DNA of 64,000 bases, taken from the IMG/VR virus record IMGVR_UViG_3300032167_000030; one strand, written 5' to 3'. Made by a program: the position numbers and the translations under genes. The notes under the pieces are model-generated. The model had not been told where the DNA came from. It worked only from the letters and a program-made list of their open reading frames with translations, and made no database searches. The stretch's first letter is position 1; every line of letters begins with the position of its first letter. The stretch is from an uncultured virus (IMG/VR IMGVR_UViG_3300032167_000030) (taxonomy: Duplodnaviria > Heunggongvirae > Uroviricota > Caudoviricetes). Shown piece by piece: positions 51,982 through 62,428 of this stretch.

Positions 51982-52341
51982 ATGGGATTAGTTAGATCTA
52001 AACAGTTAGATTTACCTGAATTATATGATGTTTTAGATCCAAGATATGCTAAAGCTGGTGCTAGTGTTTGTAAGTTAAATGAAGTTACCATAACTACTAA
52101 TTGGGAATTAAATGGTAATTACTATATGCAAACTATTGGAGATATGGAAGATATTACTGCTAGTTGTAAGTTAGTAGTTCAAGTTAAAAAATTAGTAGAA
52201 GATACTTATGAGCAAACTTTAGAGAAAGATAACTTATTTGCAAATATTGTTAAAATCGTTTCTAATGACGGTTCTATTACAGTTTATAGTAATAAAGCTT
52301 TAACTGAAGCATTTGATATTCAGGTTTTATCTTTTACTTAA
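51982..52341 (+). CDS. Small tail-fibre module protein
   Basis: VTITTNW..Y.QTI module like the fibre C-termini; late promoter at 51906. Confidence 0.55.
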   Translation: MGLVRSKQLDLPELYDVLDPRYAKAGASVCKLNEVTITTNWELNGNYYMQTIGDMEDITASCKLVVQVKKLVEDTYEQTLEKDNLFANIVKIVSNDGSITVYSNKALTEAFDIQVLSFT

Positions 52342-52381
52342 AATAATTGACAAAGGGAATATTAAATTCCCTTTGTCATTT

Positions 52382-53302
52382 TTAATCTGTTAAGGAACTA
52401 GATAATATCCAACCTTTATTAGTTCTAACCCAATCTGTTAAAACTTGAGTTATCTTAACTTCGGCATCCTTATTATATCTACCTAGTTTTGTAGCATTAT
52501 TATTAGGATATTTTCTAATGTTAGTTTTTTCTTTTAATACCTTAGTTACTGGCTGATTTAGAATCAAACCTTCTTCTAGTTGTATCCAACCTTTATCAGT
52601 TCTAGCCCAATTTTCATCGGCCAATTCATAGATATTGACTATATCATTAATGTATTTATAACAGATTTTTCCTGAAGAATAACTGGGTAATTTTCTAATA
52701 GAAACTTTACTAGTACTAGTTATTTTCATAATGTAAATAGGAGTTTCTTCACTTGTTTTTTCATTATCAGATATGGAATAAAAATCCATAGTATTACTAA
52801 TTTCCTCTAATGCATGTTTTGATATGAAGATATCAAAACCTTTAAGTGCATCATTATTACTAATAAGATTTACTGATCCTGTAGGTGTTTTATAATTAAC
52901 TAGATTTTCTTTTATTGCCTTAGTATATTTAGTTGTATATAAATAAGGATCTTTTATAGAAAATGTATTAGTGCTTTCATCAAAACTAGTAATAACTAAG
53001 GATTGTTTTTTATTATATACTGCATTACTTGAATGTATATTTACTACAATAGGATTACCAATTTTTAACTGAGTTATAATTTCATTTATGTTTTCTAGTT
53101 TAGTCATATAAAGTTTATACTTTTCAATAATACCGAATAAATCGTTATTAATAAATTCTGTAGGTAAGATTTCTTGTTTGAATAATATAGAAAGACACAT
53201 AGATATAGATAAATTACTTGTTATCTCAGAAATATCTATATCATTCTTAGATTTTTCTTTATTCCATCTTTCATCAAAATAAGAATGATAAAACTCAGTC
53301 AT
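52382..53302 (-). CDS. SH3b-domain protein with degenerate C39-peptidase-like N-terminus
   Basis: Two NIRKxP...W.RT.KGWI SH3b repeats; I.DPY. Confidence 0.65.
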   Translation of the reverse strand: MTEFYHSYFDERWNKEKSKNDIDISEITSNLSISMCLSILFKQEILPTEFINNDLFGIIEKYKLYMTKLENINEIITQLKIGNPIVVNIHSSNAVYNKKQSLVITSFDESTNTFSIKDPYLYTTKYTKAIKENLVNYKTPTGSVNLISNNDALKGFDIFISKHALEEISNTMDFYSISDNEKTSEETPIYIMKITSTSKVSIRKLPSYSSGKICYKYINDIVNIYELADENWARTDKGWIQLEEGLILNQPVTKVLKEKTNIRKYPNNNATKLGRYNKDAEVKITQVLTDWVRTNKGWILSSSLTD

Positions 53303-53548
53303 GATAATGGTTAACCTCCTAATATTTTTATGATTTTTATCTTCTTTATTAAAATTTGTTTTATAGTATTGTTTGAGTATAAATTTTCTATAAAAAATGC
53401 ACTCTTAATAACCACTCAAAATAGAAAAATGCAACATTTTAAACAAATCTATAATGAATTAAATAATGATTAAAAAGTCCTTTAATTGTAAAAATTCTTA
53501 AAAAAGATAATTTCTTTTAATCTAATGAAGAAAGGAAAGTGATTATAC

Positions 53549-54436
53549 ATGGGTGAAGCTATCCTAGCAAAAGCTACTCGTCCAATTGATGAAATGCCTA
53601 TCTCTGGTAGTCCTAATCTAGTTACATCTGGCGGTATATATACTGCTTTAGAAAATAACATTAGTCCTCCTGAAGTTCATGTTGGTAGTGAGGCTCCTTC
53701 TGGTAGTGAAGTTGTTTGGTTTGTTACTAAAGAAAATAGTAATAATAACAATAGTAGCATAAACAATATAGTTAGTTCAAAAAGTCCTAATCTATTAGTA
53801 GATGCAACTATTTATGTAGGTATATCTGGTAATGATGAAACTGGAGATGGTAGTAAGGATGCTCCTTATGCTACTATTAATAAGGCTTTAAGTGTAATTC
53901 CTAAAAATTTAAATGGTAATAATGCATATATTACCTTTATAGATAATGGAACTTATAATGAAGTCGTTAATGTAACTGGTTTCTTTGGTGGTTCTATTAT
54001 TTTTAGTGGAGATAATTATGATATCACTATCAATAATTTATCCATTTCTTACAGTGTTTCTGTAAAGTTTAATGGAATACACTTAACTGCTAATAGTATA
54101 ACTATTACTGACAGTGCTGTTGTTTTTGATAGTGGATATACAATTACTATTAATAGTACTGATACTGGTATTGAACTAAAAGAAGCTAGTACTTTTATTA
54201 GCAAAGGTATTATCAATGTTAATAGTGCCATTACAGCAGTTAAAGTATCTGAGTTATCTCAGATGTATATAGATACCATTACTGGTGGTAATAATGAAGT
54301 TGTTGATGGTATTATTGTTGATAGTGGAAGTTCTGTAAGTATTAAAACTACTAATTTAGTTGCTAGAACTCTATATACTTATAGTACTGGTGGTACTATT
54401 TCTGTAAATGCTCAACCTACCCTAGCTAACTATTAA
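53549..54436 (+). CDS. Tail fibre/spike protein with beta-helix-like domain
   Basis: IYV..SGND.TGDGS..APYATI.KAL motif followed by beta-helix-like sequence. Confidence 0.7.
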   Translation: MGEAILAKATRPIDEMPISGSPNLVTSGGIYTALENNISPPEVHVGSEAPSGSEVVWFVTKENSNNNNSSINNIVSSKSPNLLVDATIYVGISGNDETGDGSKDAPYATINKALSVIPKNLNGNNAYITFIDNGTYNEVVNVTGFFGGSIIFSGDNYDITINNLSISYSVSVKFNGIHLTANSITITDSAVVFDSGYTITINSTDTGIELKEASTFISKGIINVNSAITAVKVSELSQMYIDTITGGNNEVVDGIIVDSGSSVSIKTTNLVARTLYTYSTGGTISVNAQPTLANY

Positions 54437-54456
54437 TCGGAAGGAGGAAACTTATT

Positions 54457-55218
54457 ATGGCAGGTGTTTTAGTAAAAGGTTTAGTATCTTATGATTATAA
54501 TAAAGCTGTTAGAGGTTCTTCTTTTATTAGATTATATGATGCTAATGGTTTTTGTTTTAAACAATTCTCTGATATTTCTGAAGCTGGTTTTGCTGATTAT
54601 GCTAACTATCAAGTAACTTCTGATAATTCTGCAGTAAGTGGAAAGACTTATTATAAACGTTCTGGTGATACTTTTAAAGCTACTAGTTTTTCTAAAGGTG
54701 TTTATGAATTAATTCCTTTTGAAAAATATGAAGTAGCTTATACTGCTGGTGCTGGTACTGTAGCAGCTACAGTTAATGGTAGTATCGCTGATAAAAAATT
54801 AACATTATCTTTACCTACTGGTATGTACGTACAGAATAAGCTACAGATCAATTTTAAAACTCCAGTAGCTAGTTGTGATTTAACTCACATTGTAATTGAT
54901 GGAGAAAATTATGAATTAGTAGACTCTGAAAACGTCTGTACCTGTAATTATAAACATGCATTTGAAGTTAATAGTATCGTTTCTGTCATTATTGATATGG
55001 AGGATAAAAAAGCTTCCGTACAAAACCTTAAATTCAATAGTAGAATTGAAGTAAGTAAGGTTAGACCTACTGATGAAATTGATGTTTGGTTTAATCCTGA
55101 TGGTACTGGATTTAGTATTGATAATGAAGTAACTTTTGGCAGTGATAATCTTGTCACTTCTAATGCAGTTTATCAATTTGTAATGAATTTACTAGACGAA
55201 AGATTAAAAAATACCTAA
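54457..55218 (+). CDS. Tail-associated protein
   Basis: Strong RBS; S.NLVTS.AVY motif shared with its neighbour. Confidence 0.55.
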   Translation: MAGVLVKGLVSYDYNKAVRGSSFIRLYDANGFCFKQFSDISEAGFADYANYQVTSDNSAVSGKTYYKRSGDTFKATSFSKGVYELIPFEKYEVAYTAGAGTVAATVNGSIADKKLTLSLPTGMYVQNKLQINFKTPVASCDLTHIVIDGENYELVDSENVCTCNYKHAFEVNSIVSVIIDMEDKKASVQNLKFNSRIEVSKVRPTDEIDVWFNPDGTGFSIDNEVTFGSDNLVTSNAVYQFVMNLLDERLKNT

Positions 55219-55263
55219 AAAAAATGATTTCAAAAATTTATAGAATAAAGGGGGTAAATTATA

Positions 55264-56037
55264 ATGGCTGAATCTATAAAAATTAAAATTCCTATTACTG
55301 AAACTTTTGTTGGAAATGGTTCTCAGAAGGATTTTACTTTACAAAATATACCAGACCAAAATGTTAAGATAATTGTATCTGGTGCTAACTCTGGTTATAC
55401 TCTATCTGGTAATGTTGTTACATTCAATACTGCCCCTAGTGGACTCGTTAATATCTCTTATAGTTATTGGGATAGTATTCCTACTACTGCTGGTGCTGAT
55501 GGTAAATCAGCATATGAATCTGCTGTAGCTGGTGGTTATACTGGAACTGAAGCTGCTTTTTATATTGCGTTAGCTAGTATTGCAGGTAAACAAGCTACTA
55601 TTACTGCTAATGGATTATTAAAAGGTAATGGTAATGGTACAATTACAGTTGCTCAAGCTGGTGTAGATTATGTAATTCCTACTGGTAGTGTAAATTCTGC
55701 TGCTAAGTTAACTACTAGTAGAGCTATTAAGATTGGTAATTCTAGTAAGAATTTTGACGGTACTGGTGGTCTTACTTATACCTTATCTGAAGTTGGTGCT
55801 TCTCCTGTAGGTCATACTCACAGTGCATCTGAAGTTAGTGGTGTAGCTCCTACTTCTCACAATCAAGGTGCTAATACTATTACTGCTGGTACTTTAGCAG
55901 GACAAGTTGTTGCTAATGCAAGTGCTGTTACTAACTTAGGTACTAAACAAGTTAGAAACATCTATGCTGGAACTAATGACATTGGTTCTGGTGCTTCACT
56001 ACCTACTGGTGATATCTATATTTGCTATGAAGGTTAA
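55264..56037 (+). CDS. Tail fibre protein
   Basis: GADGKSAYE.AV..GY.GTE, HTHSASEV, GDIYI C-terminus. Confidence 0.7.
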   Translation: MAESIKIKIPITETFVGNGSQKDFTLQNIPDQNVKIIVSGANSGYTLSGNVVTFNTAPSGLVNISYSYWDSIPTTAGADGKSAYESAVAGGYTGTEAAFYIALASIAGKQATITANGLLKGNGNGTITVAQAGVDYVIPTGSVNSAAKLTTSRAIKIGNSSKNFDGTGGLTYTLSEVGASPVGHTHSASEVSGVAPTSHNQGANTITAGTLAGQVVANASAVTNLGTKQVRNIYAGTNDIGSGASLPTGDIYICYEG

Positions 56038-56090
56038 TTAAGTAATTTTTAAGGATAAAGGGAATTAAATTCCCTTTATCCTTTTTATTT

Positions 56091-56540
56091 TTATTCAACA
56101 GATTCAGTAGGTTCTTCAACTACTTCATCAGGATACATTTCTCTAATGCTAGCTTTAGCTTCTGCAATTAAAGCAGATAGTTTACTAGACTTTTCAGTAT
56201 TTCCTTCAGCAGTATAAGCAATCCAAAGTTCATTAGCCTTATCAACAGTAATTGTAGAAGATTCCCAGTTAATAATAGCTAATTCTTTATAAGCCTTTTC
56301 TCTTAATTCAGAAGAAGATAGAATTTCATTAATAGTTTTTACAAAACCATTAGTAGATTTGTTGTAGTACCAATTTTGTTCTACTTTTACATCTTCTTCA
56401 ATTTCCATAAGAGAATCTATAAATACTTTGGAATATCTTTCACTTAATGGTATTTCAGGAAATACAGGATCAAATTCAGGAATAATTTCTAAAACTCTAT
56501 TAGTTTCATCTAATCTTATATATTTCTTATTCATAATCAA
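56091..56540 (-). CDS. Putative tail fibre assembly/chaperone protein
   Basis: Directly downstream of the Gly-rich fibre; K..IR.MYP ending. Confidence 0.5.
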   Translation of the reverse strand: MIMNKKYIRLDETNRVLEIIPEFDPVFPEIPLSERYSKVFIDSLMEIEEDVKVEQNWYYNKSTNGFVKTINEILSSSELREKAYKELAIINWESSTITVDKANELWIAYTAEGNTEKSSKLSALIAEAKASIREMYPDEVVEEPTESVE

Positions 56541-56552
56541 TCATCTCTCCTA

Positions 56553-57629
56553 TTAATACCAAATAAAGACTGCGCCACCAGAACCACTATCAGTGCCAGA
56601 ATTACCTCCAGTACCACCATTAGCAGCAGCAGCACCGCCTCCTCTACCACCATAAGTTTCCCATGCACTACTAGTATCAGGTCCATTACTTCCAGCTCCA
56701 TATTGATTTAGAGAACCAATTACTCCAGTAGTCCAGTACCAACCGCCTCCTCCGCCGCCACCATAACCACCATAAGAATAATCATCATAAGTACTAGGAC
56801 TACGATAATCGCCACTACTTCCATTACCACCAGCTTTACCTCCGCCACCTGTAACTGATAAATAGCTACCAAAGGATGTAGTACCTCCAGTACCACCAAC
56901 ATTACCAATTGTATAATCGGCACTAGTAGTACCAGAAGAACTAGCAATACCGCTACCTCCAGTACCACCAGCTCCAATAGTAACAGCAACAGACGTAGAC
57001 GTTAATGTTACAGTTTTTACCTCACATTTTCCACCAGCTCCACCAGCTCCACCATTACCAGCTTTATACTTAGTGGCGCCAGATGTACTACTATAATAAT
57101 GTCTACCTCCACCACCTCCGCCACCTGCACCATATCCTACACCACTACCTCCTCCACCTCCACTATGACTATTACCAGTACTTTTACCACCACATCCACC
57201 AGCTCCACCATTACCACCTACTTCATCTCTAAGTGCATTACCGCCGCCAGCTTGACCACCATTACCACCACTAACACAAGCAATAGTAATACTATCACCA
57301 GTTTCTAAACCATAAGCACTAAGATCAATAGTTTTACTTGTAGTAAAAACTAGAGGATCACTACCATTATCTCCAGCAACAGTGCCACTTCTATTTTTCT
57401 TCCATACATATTGAGTTGTAGTACCGTCAGTTATAGCACCAGCACAAACATATACTGTATCAGTATTTACAATTGCCATTTGTCCTGCATAACCAATTGT
57501 AGTTGAATTTGGTTCTGAAGATAATTGTAAAACTTCAGATTTTTTCATGCAATCACTTAAATCAGTAATTTTAGCAAATTCACTAGTATCTATACTTTTA
57601 ATTTGGGGTATAGCATTTATAATACTCAT
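56553..57629 (-). CDS. Glycine-rich tail fibre tip/adhesin
   Basis: Polyglycine runs, VTIGAGG, GGTTSFG, GSGGAVFIWY ending. Confidence 0.75.
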   Translation of the reverse strand: MSIINAIPQIKSIDTSEFAKITDLSDCMKKSEVLQLSSEPNSTTIGYAGQMAIVNTDTVYVCAGAITDGTTTQYVWKKNRSGTVAGDNGSDPLVFTTSKTIDLSAYGLETGDSITIACVSGGNGGQAGGGNALRDEVGGNGGAGGCGGKSTGNSHSGGGGGSGVGYGAGGGGGGGRHYYSSTSGATKYKAGNGGAGGAGGKCEVKTVTLTSTSVAVTIGAGGTGGSGIASSSGTTSADYTIGNVGGTGGTTSFGSYLSVTGGGGKAGGNGSSGDYRSPSTYDDYSYGGYGGGGGGGWYWTTGVIGSLNQYGAGSNGPDTSSAWETYGGRGGGAAAANGGTGGNSGTDSGSGGAVFIWY

Positions 57630-57735
57630 AAAATATTTATAACCTCCCTTTTAAAATTTAATAACAAAAACATAAAAATAGCTTTTCAATAACTTCTTAC
57701 CTTTTTAGTTTTAAAAAATTAATAAGCTATTGAAT

Positions 57736-57766
57736 CTAGAAACAAACTATAATAGTTTGTTTCTAG
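57736..57766. promoter_or_regulatory. Palindromic divergent late-promoter element
   Basis: CTAGAAACAAACTAT-A-ATAGTTTGTTTCTAG between divergent genes; minus strand reads AACA-N6-TA. Confidence 0.5.
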
Positions 57767-57867
57767 GAATTAAAATAGTTTATTCTTTAAAATTTTTGAT
57801 TGTTAAATGTTTTAATTAGAAATTAAGTTTTCAAATAAAATCTAATAAGGAGGGTAATAAAGACTTT

Positions 57868-58185
57868 ATGGGTATTATAAATTCAATTCCTCAAGCTAAT
57901 CATGGAAAAGCTTCTTCAGCTACTCTTACTATTTCTGGATGGGAATCTAATTCTGATGGTAGATATAAACAGTCTATATTTGTATCTGGTGTAACTATTA
58001 ATACCCCTATAATTATTGTTGATGCAAGATTATCAGGAACAGATATAGAAGCTGATAAATCAATATTAGAAGCTTGGATTAAAGGACCTTCTTCTCAAAA
58101 GGTAGCTCAAGGTCTTAACAGTTTAACTTTCTATACTGTAGAAATTCCTGAAGTTGATATACCTATAAATATTGGTGTAATATAA
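57868..58185 (+). CDS. Small tail-fibre module protein
   Basis: N-terminus like 57629 (IIN.IPQ); ATLT.SGW..Y.Q...VSGVT module. Confidence 0.6.
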   Translation: MGIINSIPQANHGKASSATLTISGWESNSDGRYKQSIFVSGVTINTPIIIVDARLSGTDIEADKSILEAWIKGPSSQKVAQGLNSLTFYTVEIPEVDIPINIGVI

Positions 58186-58206
58186 TGAAAGGAGACTTGA
58201 AAGAAT

Positions 58207-58650
58207 ATGTCTGTTTTTGTTAAAAGAGGCGGAGATTCTGGTAATATGCCAGAGATGGCTACTATTACATTAAATAGTGATAGAGAACCTGATAGAGAAG
58301 CTTATAGTCCAGCTAATGTTATTATTTACTATGACTATGCTACTAAATCTCTAATTCGTTTAAAAGTAAATGCTGATAATTCAGGAGTCACAATACAAGT
58401 ACCTATAGATTCTATATTTATTATTATGCATAATGTGACTTACACAGGTAGTGCTTATAAATGGGGGATAACTATACCAGAAATTACTCCTGCAGATAGT
58501 TTTGAATCTATAAAGTTTGAGTATTCTAATAGTGATGATTATGATGAAGCATTTATGTGGGTTGTACGTGTCCTTAAAGATAATATGGTTATAGATATGA
58601 ACGCTTATGGTTTTTCTAATAATGAGTTTAGTTATTATTTATCCATCTAA
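58207..58650 (+). CDS. Hypothetical (fibre-tip-like) protein
   Basis: RBS AAAGGAG. Confidence 0.55.
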   Translation: MSVFVKRGGDSGNMPEMATITLNSDREPDREAYSPANVIIYYDYATKSLIRLKVNADNSGVTIQVPIDSIFIIMHNVTYTGSAYKWGITIPEITPADSFESIKFEYSNSDDYDEAFMWVVRVLKDNMVIDMNAYGFSNNEFSYYLSI

Positions 58651-58814
58651 TATATCATAAGAATATAATTTAAGATTAGATTTTAGGATAAATGATTTAA
58701 AATATTTCTTTATCATATAAGTTTTTTAAAAACTAAAAATACTACTAAAAAACTATTAGTTTATATAAATTATATGAACTAAAAATTTAAAAAGGTTGTA
58801 GGTGGTATTTAACT

Positions 58815-58973
58815 ATGGAATTTACTCATGGTAAAAAGCTAATTCACAAGTTTACTAAGGATTATTTATGGGTTCTAAGAGAAGGTAAAGAACAAGTTCT
58901 TTGTCGTACTAAGGATCTAAGAGAGATTTGGTTTTATAAGTTTGAATTAGAAGAATTTATTGATAATAAGTGA
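58815..58973 (+). CDS. Small hypothetical protein, 52 aa (not in ORF track)
   Basis: RBS AGGTGG; MEFTHGKKLIHK...FIDNK*; terminator follows. Confidence 0.55.
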   Translation: MEFTHGKKLIHKFTKDYLWVLREGKEQVLCRTKDLREIWFYKFELEEFIDNK

Positions 58974-59064
58974 TATAAAAATAGGATAAAGGGAATTAAT
59001 TCCCTTTATCCTTTATTCTTTTTTCTTTATCATCATAACTGAAATAAAGTTTAAAAAGATTTTA

Positions 59065-60450
59065 TTAACCAAAGAATACCAATTGTAAAACAATATTGGA
59101 AGTAGGTTTAGTGCCATTAGCAGCAAATGTAATAGTTTTATTGGTTACAGATTGTGCACTGACACTAATTAAAGCATCTGCAGCATCTTCTTTTTGAGCG
59201 GAAGTATTACTATCAGCCAATGCAACAATACCATTTTCAGTAATACCAGAAATATTACTTGCATTATAGGTATAAGGAGCTTCAGTTCCTTCCCAACCAC
59301 TAGCTGATAAAGTAACTGTAGTAGCTGTTGATTTAATAGCATAACTATTTAATGTACTATTTAAATCAGTAGTTTTAACATAACTACTTAAATCAGATGT
59401 TTTAGCATAACTAGTTAATTTACTATTTAAATCAGTAGTTTTAACATAATTAGTTAAATCAGATGTTTTAGCATAATCACTTAAATCAGATGTTTTAGTA
59501 TAATTATTTTCTATATTAGTGACTTTATTTGAAAGATCAGTAAAGTTAGTATTAGTAGTATAAGATTTTAATGTAGCATCTATTTCAGTTTTTTTGTAAT
59601 AATCACCTAATGTAGCATCTATTTCAGTTTTTTTGTAATAATTACTTAATTCAGTAAGAAGTGCATACTTTTTTAAAGTTTCTGTTAGTTCACTATTTTT
59701 AACATAGTTAGCTAGTAAATCAGCTACTTCATCGCTACCAATGTTACCATCTAATTCACCATTTTTAATATAGCCGTCTAATAGTTTATCTATTGCATCC
59801 TTAGTATAATAGCCATCATTTAATACTGTCTCTAATACAGTATCTTTATTATTAGACTTAACATAATTTTCTAAAATACCAGCTAATGCATTAGAATTTT
59901 TTAAATCCTTATCTTGAAGGTAATTTTCTAATAATTTATTTAATTCATCTTCAGTTGGATAATCTTCTAAAGCTGTATTTAAATCAACACTTGGAGTTCT
60001 CCAAACACCATCACCAGATAAGAAAAGAGCTTTATTTGAATTAGAACCAGAAGGTACTAAACCAGGTTCATTACCAGTAAAGGGTAGGAATTTATCTAAG
60101 TCACCTAAAGCTTCGTAAAGATCTATTTCACTACCAGTATAACCATTTTCTTTAGCTACTTCATAAACAGATTTACCATCCTTACCTTTAATAAAAGGTA
60201 GTTCACTATAATAGGTATAGGTAATTGCTATATTTTTATTACCTCTAGCAGGTGCAGATTTAATCTTGACAACTTTATCAGATAAACTATATGTAGATTC
60301 ATCTAATAAATTGTCATCTACAGTAATTTTTTGTATAGCTAAAGGAAGGTGAGTTATAGTAAAATTAGTAGAAGCACTATCACCAGAAAAATATTCAGTA
60401 ATAGTTTGACGTATATTAATAACACTAGGCATAGTTATTTTAACCTCCAT
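59065..60450 (-). CDS. Tail fibre protein with KT(S/T)DL.xY repeats
   Basis: GKDGKSVYE.A..NGY.GSE, FLSGDGVW, YYKKTEIDATL repeats, VTLSASGW C-terminal module. Confidence 0.7.
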   Translation of the reverse strand: MEVKITMPSVINIRQTITEYFSGDSASTNFTITHLPLAIQKITVDDNLLDESTYSLSDKVVKIKSAPARGNKNIAITYTYYSELPFIKGKDGKSVYEVAKENGYTGSEIDLYEALGDLDKFLPFTGNEPGLVPSGSNSNKALFLSGDGVWRTPSVDLNTALEDYPTEDELNKLLENYLQDKDLKNSNALAGILENYVKSNNKDTVLETVLNDGYYTKDAIDKLLDGYIKNGELDGNIGSDEVADLLANYVKNSELTETLKKYALLTELSNYYKKTEIDATLGDYYKKTEIDATLKSYTTNTNFTDLSNKVTNIENNYTKTSDLSDYAKTSDLTNYVKTTDLNSKLTSYAKTSDLSSYVKTTDLNSTLNSYAIKSTATTVTLSASGWEGTEAPYTYNASNISGITENGIVALADSNTSAQKEDAADALISVSAQSVTNKTITFAANGTKPTSNIVLQLVFFG

Positions 60451-60612
60451 TTCCTTTCTTTTTATTTTTTAAGAATCATTAATAGTTTGTTGTTTATAAT
60501 GAGAAGAAATGGAAGATTATACTATTATAAACTCTACCTAATTATTACTCTTAACAATACAATAATCAAGCCTATATAAAAGTTTCTTAAAAGAAAGTTG
60601 AAGTGATTATTT

Positions 60613-61242
60613 ATGACTGAAAAAGAACGTCTTAGGAAAGAGAGATTATCAAACATGAGTAATATCTTAAAAGATGTAAAAGAGGAAAAAGAAACTAAAT
60701 CAAATTATACTGATTTAGCAGAAGAGTTACAGTTTATCTCTGAAAATAATCAAGAAAATTCTGAAATACCTGAAGAGGAATTTACAATAGAAGAACCTAT
60801 TAAAGAAGAAAAGATTTGCAATAGTGTTCTTACTGAAGATGACAAAGAAAGTATTAAAAAAGAGTTATTAAACATACTAACTAGTGAAGAAATAAAAAAA
60901 GTAACATCTAACTTTAATACTAAAGAAGAAAAACAAGCTAAACATAAAATGGAATTTTCTAAAAAAATTACTATAGCTTGTGTTGCACTAGCTTTCTTAT
61001 TCATACTTTTTATATGTATTGAAATGCACTTACAGCAAAATTTAGAACCAGTAGCTTACGTAGGTGCAGGTATTGTTATTATGTTAGGTATCTGTGTTAA
61101 AGCATATATGAAACGAGCTTATCAAAAAGACTTAGTTACAATGAAAGTTTCTCAATCTAAAGAGCTATCAGAATTGAAAAAACACTATGGTGATGACTTT
61201 ATTTATGAGGATATAGATGACATTAGTTTAGATGGAACCTAA
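60613..61242 (+). CDS. Putative holin
   Basis: Two transmembrane segments after MEFSKKI; immediately upstream of the endolysin. Confidence 0.55.
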   Translation: MTEKERLRKERLSNMSNILKDVKEEKETKSNYTDLAEELQFISENNQENSEIPEEEFTIEEPIKEEKICNSVLTEDDKESIKKELLNILTSEEIKKVTSNFNTKEEKQAKHKMEFSKKITIACVALAFLFILFICIEMHLQQNLEPVAYVGAGIVIMLGICVKAYMKRAYQKDLVTMKVSQSKELSELKKHYGDDFIYEDIDDISLDGT

Positions 61243-61262
61243 AATGGAGGATAATTATAAAA

Positions 61263-62381
61263 ATGGGAATTATTAAAGCAATTGATTATGTAAATATAGC
61301 ATTGAAATATGAGAATTATCATGAAAAATTATCCAATGAAAATTTAGAAGATTTCTCAGCAAATGCAGGTAATAATAACTATACTAGATTTAATCGAGAT
61401 TATGGTGTATATACTGGTGTAGGTGAAACTTATTGGCAGGGTCAACCTTGGTGTGCTATGTTTACTTCAGTAATCATGGTAGAATTATGCAAAGGTAATG
61501 TAAAAAAGGCTAAGGAAATGCTATGTGGTGATTTATTCTGTGCTTGTATAGTTGGCTATAACAACTTTAAGGCTAAGAATAGAATCTTTAAAGAACCTAA
61601 AGTTGGTGACATTATCTTTTTCTTATATCCTGATTTAAGTTATAGTATGATGGCACACGTAGGTATTGTCTATAAAGTAGATTCTAATAGAGTTTATACT
61701 ATAGAAGGTAATACTAGTATTGATGATGGTGTCGTAGCCAATGGTGGTGGAGTTGAAAGAAAATCTTATAGACTTGATTACAATCGTATTGCTGGTTACG
61801 GACGTCCTATTGGTTTTTTTGATGGAGATGATACTGTAATTTCTAATGAAGAAAAATTAGAAAAAGAACCTATCAAAACTACTTTAGTTAATAAAGACTA
61901 TGTAGTAAATGTAGCTGCTAATTCTTCTTTAAATGTTCGTAATAATCCTAATACCAATTCTTATATTATTGATACTTTAAAAAGAGGCAAAGTAGTAACT
62001 ATTAGTAAAAAGACTAATGATAACTGGGGTTATATAGAATCTTTAGATGGTTGGGTATCTATGAATTTTCTTACTTTAGCACCTAAGATAGATTTAATCC
62101 CTGTTACTGGCAGTAAGGTATTTGTAGTTACAAATGTAGACAAAGGTGATGTTCTAAACATTCGTAAAGGGCCTAGTACTAACTATGATATAATAACTAC
62201 ATTAAAAAATGGACAAACTGTTCATATCAATAAAAAAACTAATAATGGTTGGGGTTATATACAAAATCTAAAAGGTTATGCTTCAATGAGTTATTTAGAA
62301 CCTTTACAGATTAAAAAGAAAACTCCTAAAAAACCAAATTTGTTTACTAGACTAACTGATAGAATAAATCTAACTAAATAA
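61263..62381 (+). CDS. Endolysin: CHAP domain plus two SH3b domains
   Basis: QPWCAMF, P.VGDI.FF, HVGIV, TIEGNT, IAGYGRP; LN(V/I)R..P SH3b repeats. Confidence 0.9.
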   Translation: MGIIKAIDYVNIALKYENYHEKLSNENLEDFSANAGNNNYTRFNRDYGVYTGVGETYWQGQPWCAMFTSVIMVELCKGNVKKAKEMLCGDLFCACIVGYNNFKAKNRIFKEPKVGDIIFFLYPDLSYSMMAHVGIVYKVDSNRVYTIEGNTSIDDGVVANGGGVERKSYRLDYNRIAGYGRPIGFFDGDDTVISNEEKLEKEPIKTTLVNKDYVVNVAANSSLNVRNNPNTNSYIIDTLKRGKVVTISKKTNDNWGYIESLDGWVSMNFLTLAPKIDLIPVTGSKVFVVTNVDKGDVLNIRKGPSTNYDIITTLKNGQTVHINKKTNNGWGYIQNLKGYASMSYLEPLQIKKKTPKKPNLFTRLTDRINLTK

Positions 62382-62428
62382 AGAAAAGAGTATAACCTAT
62401 TTTAGGTTATACTCTTCTTTTTGTATTT

